Positions 25,487-37,749 of a stretch of DNA of 43,463 nt are shown piece after piece (positions within the stretch are counted from its first letter, which is position 1; each line of letters opens with the position of its first letter). This stretch comes from Octopus bimaculoides (Eukaryota). Where the stretch lies: assembly GCF_001194135.2 (NCBI RefSeq), contig NC_068982.1, positions 67,686,700 to 67,730,162 on the forward strand, written 5' to 3'. Under the pieces are notes generated by a model. The model worked only from the letters and a program-made list of their open reading frames with translations. It was not told where the DNA came from and ran no database searches. Made by a program: the position numbers and the translations under genes.

Positions 25487-26150
25487 CAAATTTTGGCACA
25501 AGGCCGGACAAAATTCTTTGCGGTATTCCGTCCGTCTTTACGTTCTGAGTTTAAATGCTGCAAAAGTCGACTTTGTCTTTCATCCTTTCGGGGTCGATCA
25601 AATAAGTACAAGTGACGCATTGGGCTGATGTAATCGACTAACGCTCTTCCCTCCACCCAAAGTTCCAGGGCTTGTGCCAATAGAAGAAAGGATTATTACT
25701 ATGATGAGGAAGGCGGTGAGCAGGCAGAAATGCTAGTGCGTCGGAGAAAATGCTTTGCAGCATTTGTTCAGGCCTTACATTCTGAGTTTAAATTCCAGTG
25801 AGGAAGAGTTTGCCTTTCATCCATTCGGAGTTAATAAAGTAGCAATCGAGTACTTGGGTCGATGTAATCGACTACACATTCCCCCCAAATTTCAGGCCTT
25901 GAGTCTATATTAGAAGGTATTATTAAGGTAGGAATAACGAGCCGATGGAATGATTAATGATTAAAACAATCGGAAAACATACTTTGGGCATTTCTTCTGA
26001 CTTTTTACGTTCAAATCCCGACAAGATCAACATCGTCTTTTACTATTTCGGGGTTGATAGACTAAAACATCAAACAAGTACTGGGGTTAGTCATATCGAC
26101 TAATCTCGACTCTTCAAAAACTGCTAACCTTGTTTTTAAATCAGAAACAT
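25487..26150 (+). mobile_element. Tandem array of three SINE family A copies of increasing divergence
   Basis: Three repeats of the TTACGTTCTGAGTT..GACTTTG(T/C)CTTTCATCC..GGGGTCGAT..GATGTAATCGACT pattern at ~25510, ~25710 and ~25950. Confidence 0.75.
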
Positions 26151-26479
26151 TTATGAGAAGTATGGCGTCTATGTTTCGCTAATGAGGTTATAACTCAGCA
26201 GAAACATGTCAGCTGTTATTTTCCATATTCGCCAAAATGGTTTGAATAATATTAGTCAGTGGATTAATATTTTTTTTTCTCACCGCATAATTAGTTGGCA
26301 TTAGAGTATTTAATGTAAAGTGCATTAAATACGTTAATGGTGTAAAGTGCATTAAATACGTTGATGTTAAATTCGTTAACTATGTAAAGGCAAAGAAAGA
26401 AAGAAGGAAGTGATAATAGGTTACAAGTAACAGATCAATAGAGAATAATTTTTGAATTAAAAAGAATTTTCTTGTCGAG

Positions 26480-26660
26480 CATTTTAAAATAATAGCATAT
26501 TATTTATGGGTGGTTATGGTACGTAGATGATACAGCCATACTTTCAGACTAATCATTTGATAAAGACTATTAAAAAAACTTTCTAATCTTTTATATTTAT
26601 TTGAACAAACTGTGCGTCCGTAGCATTTAATTAGGACTCAACCGCTGAATGCAGGATTTA
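26480..26660 (+). mobile_element. Possible highly decayed Penelope-like RT fragment
   Basis: Frame reads WLWYVDDTAILSD, then YLNKL..PSI, resembling the W-x-RYVDD..FL..LN..HP.I pattern of Penelope RTs; very degenerate. Confidence 0.35.
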
Positions 26661-27229
26661 GATCAATAGTAAAATTAATAAGTGCTTCTCGTTGAAAGCA
26701 GATGTAGTCGCTTCGAGTGAAAAAAAGACAAAACAAAACAGAAAGGTAGGTTCAAGATTGTCTTGAGGCAATAAACCGCTAATTAGAGAAACAAAATTTA
26801 TTTGTAATTTTTGTTAGATAGAATTTTTAAGAAAGAAAGTGTTTAAAAAACATTAAACATCTCCACTTATTAATCTAAAATGGCAGCAATATTATTTTAA
26901 TGAATCAGTGAAAGTCATCTTATGAAAGAAATAATGTTTATAATTACCATTGTACTTTTTTTTTTTGTTACATCTTTTCAGAAAAAAACATCGTTAATTT
27001 CAAATAAAAAAGGGACAGAAAGTCTCTAATTTGTTATATTAACGTGTCGAGTCTCAATCTTATTGAACCATACTTTGCAACTGAGGTAATTTATCAATAA
27101 TATTTTTTAAGCATCAAGACTAATATTAGAAAGAATAATAAAATTGATTAAAAAATTAACGTTTCGGCAGTCATGTGCAAAAGTCTCATAACAGTTGAAC
27201 AGAAAGGTTTAACACTAATGTATATCTTT

Positions 27230-27655
27230 TATCTTTTTCTTGTTTCAGTCATTGGACTGTAACCATGCTGGGGTACCGCCTTGAAGGCTTTAGTCGAACA
27301 AATCGACTCTAGTGCTTATCAGTTTTTTGTTTTAAAGTCTGGTACTTATTCAATTGAGTTCGTTTTGCTTAATCACTAAGTTACGGGAACTTGAACAAAT
27401 CAACACCGGTTGTCAAGCGGTGAAGGAACACACACAAACACACACACACACACACACACACATGGACTCACATACACAAATATACATATATATATGTATG
27501 TATGCATATATGTATACACTACGAGCTTCCACCTAGTATCCGTCTACCAAATTCACTCACAAGGCAAAGAAGACACTTGCGCCCAAGTTGATACCGCACA
27601 TTGAGAATGAACCGGAAACCATGTGGTTACAAAAAGAGTTTCTAAACCATACAGG
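27230..27655 (-). mobile_element. SINE family B with internal (CA)/(TA) microsatellite
   Basis: TGTTTCAGTCATTGGACTG..GTCGAACAAATCGAC..CCGTCTACCAAATTCACTCACAAGGC..GAAGACACTTG..CCGGAAACCATGTGGTT. Confidence 0.78.
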
Positions 27656-28939
27656 TATGCCATCCCCCATTGTTACATTGAATTCTAGAAGAAAGTTAAT
27701 ATATAAGAATATTTCATAGAATTTTAGTGGCTTAGTCGCACGCCGAACTGTGACTCTTGTATTGTAAGTTAATTTCGTATCATTTTAGAACGCTTTAAAA
27801 TATTCAGAAATAAATAGTTATTGATTTTGTTTTGTGTTTTACCTTTATTTTAAATAATATAAAAAAATTGATGCTTGACTAACATTTTCTTTCTTCATCG
27901 AATGATTAGTAGTAATGCTAGAACCAGGAAATGTTAACATTGTAGCTCTGCAACAATTGCTGTGCGGACCGCTTAACATTTTTACACACCATTATACAAA
28001 TTTCACGGTTTGTTAGTTTGAATCTCTTTTTCTAACAAGTAGAATTACTATCTGTGAATAGACACACAGCTAAGTTTCGATTACTGGGAATGTAAATTTA
28101 AAAATGGAAATTCGTTTCACTTTTGATATGTATGTTCGTGTTCACAATTCATTGTTAATCAGATATAACTATATATATAAATGGACACTAAAATTTGAGC
28201 AGTTTAAAGGAGACGCAAGTAAGAGATTCTTTTCAATTTTGGATGAAGTCAATAAATTTTATTCAAAATCTTACTGCCTCTAAGAAAGATAAGATCTAGC
28301 ACATCAACCTCGTTCATCTGGAAACCTATTCCATAATCAGAAATCAATACATAGGTGCAGGTGGCCCATTTTGTAATTTAGTGAAATATCGAAGTTGATG
28401 CATCACCGATAGATTTAGATATTTGTTAACTCAAAACAATAACCGAAATAATTTACCTCAGGGCAACAACCTAATAAATACACAGCATGTATTGGGATAA
28501 CTATATCGAGACAAAGATCGTTGGCAGTTTACTGTGAATGGAAAACGTGACTATTTATCATCAATATTATTCTTTACTCTTCTAAAATTCGTTTTCTTTT
28601 TCACAAAGACAGATATACGAATGTGCGAACACTCACACAGCATACACATGCACACAAAAGCATAAACATTAACACTCACACTTCATCTTCTGATATTTTC
28701 ATTTAATTCTCTATTTGTGTTTTAATAAATTCCAACTTCGTTGTATTAATTAATTTACTTTTGCAATCAATTATTTTCAAAGAATTGTCTATATATCACA
28801 GTTGACTGTCAATAATGGTACTTTATAGCGATGCATTAACATACCTACCTACCTACATACATACATACATACATACATGCATGCATACATACATACATGC
28901 ATACATACATACATACATACATACACATATACATACATA

Positions 28940-29314
28940 GGGGCCCCGGGAAATGTAACACATTGCCTAAATACCAATCTTGAGAAATTAGGCTTCTCAA
29001 AACCAAAAAGGGAAAGCTAATTCGAAGACTACAAATCCAATCCATCACTGGAACTGTAAAAGTCTGTAAAGCTTTCCAGAAGTTAATCATACATGCAACT
29101 ATATGCATGAGAATGCATACATACAACATACAAATCTGCAAATCCATATATACATGCAGGTATACATACATACATACATACATACATACATACATACATG
29201 CAAACAAAAATACCCTGTTGTCGATGTTGAAATTCCAATGAAAGAGTCTTGGATCTAGGTTAGAAACCGGTTCTTTCTCTATTGGTAAGAAATCTTGAAA
29301 TAAACTGAATAATG
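28940..29314 (+). mobile_element. REL family copy flanked by (CATA)n
   Basis: GGGGCCCCGGGAAATGTAAC..CTTGAGAAATTAGGCTTCTCAAAACC..GGATCTAGGTTAGAAACCGGTTCTTTCTCTATTGG; aligns with the 14562 and 18240 copies. Confidence 0.75.
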
Positions 29315-29340
29315 ACATACATAGGTAACTACGTACATAC

Positions 29341-32300
29341 ATGATGGTTGCCAACTCGATTTCGAGTAGAGCCATTGTCTGACTTCTTTATGCCCTAGAA
29401 TATCATCGATGAGCTGCACGAATATGGCTTTTGAGGCATGCCAAAGACTTGCATGCTTTTTAACAATTAGTGCAAGAAAACTTGATGGTTTTATAGTTTA
29501 CAGCTCTCTACATATTTTCTGACAGAGCATGCATTCGAAATCATCTGTCCATCTATAATCAATGTGCGGTTGTGCAATGTGTGATTTCATAAGGCTCTTT
29601 AGCCCAGCCTTACTAAGACAACTCTTTGCACATTCATCACGTATAAGATCATTACGTTCATTAATGCTTGTTAGAACATCATTCTTGTCACTTTTTCTCA
29701 TCTTTCTTTTAATCTTTGCATGCTCCATTCTCTTCCTTTCAAATTCATTTTTGTCTTCATACACAACTTCTTTCTATTTTTCTCGGCAATGTACTAAATC
29801 TTCCCAGTTGTCCATTGGAACATTTATCTTATTCAATCCCGACTTCAGACAATCTTTGTACCTCATCTTTAGTTTGTGGGACGGGCACTTACCTGTCACT
29901 AATTCTCCTTTGAAAAGTTGTTTAGGCAGTCTGTTGTCTGTCATTCTGACTAAGTGTCCACTCCATCTCAATCTGTACTGTAATAGTAAAGCTTCAATAC
30001 TGAAGCATTTCCCTCTTTCAACACTTCATCGTCACTCACAAACATTTCCCAGCTGATCCTCAAAATCCTTCTGAGACATTGTTGATGAAAACATTCCATA
30101 AGTTTTAAGTGCCTACGATACACAGTCCAGATTTCGCAAGCATACAACAAAGAGGTTAAGATACATGTATTGTATAACTTAATCTTTGTTGCAGTGGAAA
30201 CACCATGTCTAGACCATAGGCGGTCTTCCAGTTTGCCAAAAGTAAAACTGGCTTTCTGAATGTGTAGTGACACTTCATCATCAAGATTGGCAGATGTATT
30301 TAGTGTGCTCCCCAAGTAAACAAACTTAGAAACCACAGCAAGTTTTCTTCCATACACGAAGATACCAGGTTCCATGTATGGCATTGCTGGTGCTGACTGA
30401 AACATGACAACAGTTTTGGTTAGATTTATGGTTAAGCCAAGTGCCTCACAAGCCATTGAAATTGCATTCATAGGATTTTGCATGTCCTCCTCAGTATGAG
30501 TGCCAATATCACAATCATCTGCATAGAGGAGGAGGTCTCTAATAAGGGTTGAGGACGTCCTTGACTTAGCTGACAGTCTTCTGATGTCAAAGATTTTCCC
30601 TGTTGTGCGATATCTAATAAATATGCCTTCATAGGAACCTTTGAAAGGCAATTGAAAAACTATAGTAAAACAGAGTGAAGAGAGTGGGTGCTAGCATGTC
30701 ACCTTGTTTTACCCCATTCATGACAGAGATAGGATCCAAGAGTATTCCACCAATGTTGATACTTCCATGCCACCATGATACTGCTTCAGAATAGTGAGAA
30801 ATTTTACCGGGTATCCAAGTCTCCTCAAGATCTCCCACAAGGCAGTTCGATTGAGAGAATCAAAAGCCTTAGTAAGATCAATGAATACCTGATAAAGTCC
30901 TAATTGCTGTTCCACACACTTTTCCTGTAACTACCGTGCAGAGAAGATCATGTCAACAGTACCCCTACCATTTCTGAATCCACTCTGTGATTCAGGAAAA
31001 ACCTCATTAGCCACATATATCTGCAGCCGGTCCAACATTATTCGCGATAAAACTTTGCCGGCTGTAACATTCATCCTTTTGTCCCTTACCCTTTAACACA
31101 ACTTCCATGTCTACATCCTTCCAGTCTTTTGGAATAATTTCATTTTTCCATATATTCTGTATTACTGCTGCCAGCATTTCTAGCAAGTAGCACCAAACTT
31201 AAATAGTTCTATATTCAGACTATCAACTCCCGGTGCTTTGCCATTGTTCAGCTTTGATACTGCTTTTATTGTTTCCTCCGCTGACGGGGTGTCATCTAAG
31301 CACTGAATGGGTGCATTCTGTGGAATCATATCAATAAAATTTTCACCAACAACTGATAGTTGATTCAGAAGTTCATTGAAATGTTCGTCCCATCATTTTA
31401 AGATGTCTTTGGGCTCCCTCAATAAAACACCATTCCTATTCTTCACATTAGCCAAAGTAGGACAAAATGGCCCATAGACCTCACGAAAGAAAGCATATGA
31501 TAACTTAGTGTTCTTAACATTGGAAGCAGCCTCTATTTCTTCTACTTTCTTCTCCCACCAAGTATCCTACATGCTTCGAATCTTTCTTTGCACTCCCGCT
31601 TTTATATCTTTGAAAAAAGTTCTATTTTAATCAGAATCATTTGCTAGTAATGAATGCAATACCTTTCGTTTTTCTTTCAACAAATGTTGAATATTTCCAT
31701 TACTTTTCACCAAACCAATCTTGACGTTTCATCTCCTTTACTCCTTAGACTTCTTTACTTAAATTGTATAGTTGTCCTCTGAGGTTCATCCACTCATCTG
31801 TTCAATCCAAATTTTTGATTTTCTGATGAAATTCTACTCTAGCTGTTTTATCCTTAAGGAGATTCACATTCAGACGTATAGGGATGCCAATGCCACTTTG
31901 TCTACTTTTTGGCTTCACTACAAGCGATGATCTGTCCAGCATTCTGCTCCCCGCATGACCCACACTATACAGAAATCTCGCTTTCTAATTATCATATAAT
32001 CAATCAGGTGCCATTGTTTTGAACTGGGGTGCATCCATATAGTTTTGAACTTATCTTTTTGCTGAAAAGCAGTGCTCAGAACACATCTGTAACAAACGTT
32101 GTTACAATTTCCCACTCCGTGTCTTCCAATCACACCCCATGGTCATAATCTTTACCAACTCTAGCATTAAAATCGCCCAATATGATAATCTTATCCTCGT
32201 GTGGAATTTTGCGGACATTTTCTTTCAGCACATCATAAAAGGAGAGCTTTTCATTTTCACTTGCATTCATAGTTGGTGCATAAACACTAACAAGTGTTAC

Positions 32301-33000
32301 CTAGCGACCTTTTTTTTAAGGCAACCTCAGCAATATCATTCTATCATTTACATTGTATGGCAATTCCTGTAAATTATCAACGAAGCAGGTTTTCAGAGCA
32401 AAAACAACACCACTTTCTTTTTTGCAATTTTCCTTTTCTTCTTTCCCACTCCAATAAAATGTGTAGCCACTGGATTTCTCAGTAAAGTTACCTTGCCCAA
32501 GAAATCTAGTCTCTGATAATGCTACAATGTCTATTGCATACTTTTGCATCTCCTTACCAATAAGAGCAGACCTTCTCTCTGGGTGTCTTTTATTTGATTC
32601 TGAATCTAATAATATTCTTACATTCCAGCATCCAATATTCATGGAAACTTTTCTGTAGTTGTTACCTCTGGATTCCAAGCCCTTGTTGGCATTTACATTT
32701 TCATAGTTTATGGATCTCATAATTGTATGTAAGCTTTTTTTCGGGCTACGAGCAGCCCCATTCATTGAGCTCGTGTAACTTCAACAAAATTTGTTCAAAC
32801 AATATCCGTGCCAGAAACCTTTTAAATCACACTCTCTAAGTACCAAAAGCATAACTCATGAAGAGGAATAAATCCTTATCAATGGAAGCTCTTTGAGACT
32901 GCAGGTTTAATTTTGGAGTATCTTTCTCTTAGATAGCTTGTCAGTCAAGACTAAAGAACTACTATCCGCCCATCGTAGGGGTTTTACATGCACTCACACC
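29341..33000 (-). mobile_element. Near full-length, degenerate RTE-clade LINE (APE, RT, C-terminal zinc-finger-like motifs)
   Basis: IGCWNVR, DIVALSETR, FIDLTKAFDSLNR, GVKQGDMLAP, LLYADDC, RWSGHLVRMTDNRLPKQ and ECAKSCLSKAGLKS; RTE-like 5' UTR motif at ~32880-33000; 3' end GCAACCATCATGTATGT; many stops and frameshifts. Confidence 0.9.
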
Positions 33001-33239
33001 GACACACACAGAGACACACATTAACAGCCACAAAGTTAGTAATATTGAATACACACCATCGTACACACTGAACAAGATAAAAAAATATAAATACATATAC
33101 ACATAATACAAATAAAAAATATATAAATATAAAAAAATTGCCATACACATAATACACATAAAATTATTCATAAACGTAAAAGAATACATACAAGAAAACA
33201 CACATAATACACCCACACGACTTTATATACTTTATTGGA

Positions 33240-33417
33240 TGGACGTTGACTCTTCTGAGTCCCATTGAGGGGTTTTGTTTTTTTATCCCGTAGGGTGTCC
33301 AACAGTCAACCTCCTCACCAAGCTTGGTGGGGTTGCCGGTTTAGTCGTCGACGACCCGACCATGCAACAAGTTGTACTGGGTTACATGTTACCAGTAGCA
33401 CATAAGAGCGACCTGAC
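33240..33417. repeat. Unclassified GC-rich interspersed-repeat fragment beside (CATA)n, possibly a LINE UTR
   Basis: GC-rich island abutting a CATA array; the minus strand has AAACCGGCAACCCCACC, reminiscent of RTE 5' UTRs; no ORF. Confidence 0.35.
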
Positions 33418-33585
33418 ATACATACATACATACATACATACATGCATACACACAGACACAGATACACACGTAGAGATACATATATACACGCACGAACATT
33501 GAAATGCATCGAGCAAATGAGACGTGTGCTCAATCCATATATATGAATTACATATGTGCAGAAAAATATTTTTACATGCATCATA

Positions 33586-34817
33586 CGAGGGGCGGCTGAA
33601 AAGTCCTTAGGCTGATAAAGATACTCTCATCTTTGTGACCAAATGAGGTTTATTTTTCAACATTATCCCCCTTGCGGTCCACACATTCCTTCCATCAGTG
33701 ATGCAATGCTTGGATCCCATTGGTGAAGAAACTTTCATCCTGTTGGTCAAAAAAGCATCATCAGCAGATATGACGCCATTATCCCACTCAAGTGTTTTTT
33801 CATGTAGAGGAATAGATGATAGCCAGATTGCCCAAATCAGGAGAATAGGGAGGGTGAGCAACTAGCTTAAAGCCACAGTCACGCACATAATCCAATGAAA
33901 CTAACGACTTGTGTACTGGAGCATTGTCCTGATGAAACAGGATCTCTTCCATCAGTTTTCCTGCCCGTTTAGCTTCATAGCCTTTCGTAACTGCCACAAC
34001 AAGTTGGCATAGTACTCTCCATTGATGGCGTGGCCTTGCTGACGATAGTCAATAAACACTACACCTTTTTCAGCCTAAAAAACTGAGGCCATCACCTTTC
34101 CTGCAAAAGAAACTACTTTGACCTTCTTTCGGGCAGGGGAATTTCTTTTGTCTTTAGTCTCTGGCTCAAAGTAAGAAGCCTAAGACCCATTTTGGGTTAG
34201 GAAACATTCAAGGAAACCAGCTAGATCTACCTCAGATAGTGTCAGATGTCATCAGCCTTTTGATCAGGTATCAGAAGACATGGCACCCGCCGAGCAGAAG
34301 ACTTTTTCATACCAAGCTCATTCTTTAGAGTATTCTCAACTCTCTCACGGGATTTGCTAATAGCACTGGCTTTGATTAATAGTCAATTACCTGTCATCCA
34401 TCACGTGGAGAACACGATTAATATTTTCCTCGGTGGTGGCACTTGCATGACGTTTAGACCTTTGGTCATCTTTAAGATTCTTCCTTCTTTTCCTAAATTC
34501 AGCTGCCTACTTTTGCACTGTTGATAAAACTGGAGCGTCATCCCCCTAATATAACAACCATGTTAGCATGAATGTCTTTAGGGGCTAAACTATTTTTCTG
34601 CAGGTACTTGATAACACCATGATGCCAAATTTTGTCGATTTTCAAGAAAGGTCACTACTAGTTACTTTTGAAGTCTTCTTTGAACAGTGAGATGTCAGTT
34701 TACCTGGAAAGAATCAATGCAGTTATTAATAAGAAGGGTTGAAATTATATGCATGCAAGATTTCACAGTTCTAACATCACTCTTTCATAATTAGTCTATG
34801 AACTTCTCTCGCCCCCA
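33586..34817 (-). mobile_element. Second full-length degenerate mariner, same family as 13121-14385
   Basis: HQDNAPVH and HPPYSPDL; left end TA|CGAGGGGCGGCTGAAAAGTCCTTAGGCTGA; right end reverse complement GGGGGCGAGAGAAGTTCATAGAC; collinear with the first copy. Confidence 0.88.
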
Positions 34818-35254
34818 TATTGTGATGCACCTGGATTTATCATCATCAACTGCACTTATTAGGTATTTTGTATCTTTCTGCACCTAAACAATTTCACTCG
34901 GGTCGAGTTTTATGTCTTGTGCAAGTTAGGGGAGGTAGTCCTGACGGCTGGTATTAGCTTCATGCTAGCCTTCCTGAAAACGATTGTCTTCTTCATTGGG
35001 TGAAGGCGTGACGACTGCTTATCTTCAAAGCCATGGCCTACAGGAAGTCATCATGATGCAAACGGAAGTGCCCCTCGTCTTGGACTTTTAGACAACTATT
35101 AAGCATTTGCTTTATAATGTTTCACTCATGCTTCTTGTCTATCAATTGACAGGCGGGCTTTATGTCTTTAAGGTTGTTGATACCAGCGAATTGAATGGTA
35201 TTGCCCAAGTGTCCAGGATAACTCTTCGGCCAAATCCCTCCAGACTTCCCGTCC

Positions 35255-35436
35255 TCCGTCCGTCCGTCCGCCCGTCCGTCCGCCCGTCCGTCCGCCCGTC
35301 CGTCTGTTTGTCTGTCTATGTATGTATGTATGTATGTATGTATGTATGTATGTATGTATGTATGTATGTATGTATGAACGCAAGCATGTATGTATGTATG
35401 TATGTATGTATGTATGTATGTATGTATGTATGTATG

Positions 35437-35482
<46 letters not shown>

Positions 35483-35502
35483 CACACACAAACACACACA
35501 CC
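35255..35502. repeat. Compound (CCGT)/(CTGT)/(ATGT)/(ATCT)/(AC)n microsatellite
   Basis: Direct inspection. Confidence 0.95.
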
Positions 35503-37749
35503 TGCGATATTTGTCTCTAGAAAGCATCTTCTATACACGCATAGTGTTAAAAAACAGAAAAATACATCAGAGATACTTCTTTGAGATGAGTTTAGCATGC
35601 ATTCACCAAATACCTGCTATAAGTATGATATACAAATGATTATTTTGAACTAACACGGCTTCTGTCATTGATAAAGAATTTTTTCCAGTCTGCCTACTAA
35701 ATGTGACATCAGTGTTTTTTCAATCACTGTTGAACTGTATCACTTAGCGGCCAATTTTCGCATATAATGCGGTGCCAGTGAATACTTGCTATTGACGAAG
35801 CTCAAGAAGCAGAATTATGTATTTAGCAATGCCACTGCCGCTGCTGACGATTTTAGTCTGCTACTGATATATTTCTGTGTTTTTTTAGCGCAATACGTCT
35901 ATAAGAAATGCTTTCTCGAAACGAATACCACAATTTAACAGGCTTTCAACAATATATCTACTTTACGTATGATATACTTAAAACTTTAAATCACGAGGAC
36001 ACAAGAAGCAAACATTTCAGTCAACAAAGAACATCGAACATATACGTCTAACATCAACTACCTAACGGATATCATCGTGGTTACAACACTTGGGCAATAC
36101 CATTCAATTCGCTGGTATTAACAACGCCAATAAACATAAAGACTGCCTGGCAATTGATAGACAAGAAGCAGGAGTAAAACGTTAACTATGTCCATTATAT
36201 CTAGACCTGTTCACTATTACAAATACAAACCTCAAGTCTCAAACATAAATCATTTCATATCGATAGTTACGAAGCACAGAAATTTACAAATGAAACATAG
36301 AAGACGAGAAAATATCAAAATGGATATTGCCACCTCCAAAATTATAGAACTTAAAAACTAACGAAATAGCGAACTAAATGTTTTGAACGATAGTTACTGA
36401 ACAAAGGCGAAAACACATGATGCTAATATATAAAACGGAAAATAATTATAACTTAAGAACTAATCAACCTAGAACTGTAAACATAGATTAATTGAAGAAC
36501 ATAAACTAGTAGAAATATTGCTGCCTAACAATCTTTAATATATTTAAAACATAATTAAAACGAGGCAAATGTAAACTACCGGAATAATACTTGAACCAGC
36601 AAGCTTCAATCGACTTTTGTACATATACGTACGTACATACATAAATATATGTGTGATCGAGTGTGTGCATGTGTGTATATGTACACACACACAAAAAAAC
36701 ACATCTTTCACTATTTTATAAATTTACAGAAATATATAAAAGAAACTTAGTTCAAACATGAGAGGCAAAAACACACGCAAGCTAACACATACACACACAC
36801 TTCTCAGTGTATAATGACACTGAGTCGAGAAACTGAATAAATTATACTTTTATTTCCCTATATTCAGTGTATTATAGAGCTGAACTAACGGCACGTATAT
36901 TTAATGGTGTTTCACCTCGTAATAAACATTGAGTTTGAAATGCATGAGAAATTGTGTCTGTTTTAACATCAAAATAATAGCCACTCATTGAATTATACAT
37001 ACGATTCCATGCTTTAAATTACCACTTGTGTAATGGATTGGAAATCATTTACTTTTTGTATAAAACTAATTAATATCTATATAGTTTTAGCAGCGAAGGC
37101 ACGGTGGACAATGCATAACCAGTCAGTATATCTTTGACTTAGATATTTTGTGTTTATACTGAAGTTATTGTTTTGGCGTATTCAGACTGGTCAAGATTTA
37201 TTAATTTATTTATTACTTCTGTTCATCGGTATCTCTTAAATGAGTCAGATATTTCATAAATGAGCCGCAGTGATTCTCAAAGTGAGCTGTATTGCCCTTT
37301 GGAGTGGGGTTATGCAAGTATTTATAAGTATAGAGACAAGTGGACGATGGGCGGGCGAAAGATGAATCTGAAAAGATTTTAACCTTTGTCTTCTATTTAC
37401 ATATTAACTTTAAACAATTCAAATGTGATACTATGATAAACTATTTGTTAGCTACAATCACAGCAACGATAATAAAAATATCACATCAATAATTATAAAA
37501 GCCTTGGAAATGTGATTAACTTAAATGTAAAAACTGAATATAAATCAATAGGCAAAGGTTTAATTTAAAAGCTATTGCCAAACATTTTGGGTATTTCCGT
37601 ACACGCAATAAAAACGGACACCGCTCCTGCTGTGTTAGGTAACGTCCTGATCTCTGTGTGCATATATATATATATATATATANNNNNNNNNNNNNNNNNN
37701 NNNNNNNNNNNNNNNNNNNNNNNNNNNNNNNNNNNNNNNNNNNNNNNNN

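Noticed and set aside
37268-37310. CAGTGATTCTCAAAGTG, resembling a hAT-Charlie terminus
   Set aside because: No matching opposite TIR or 8-bp TSD found.
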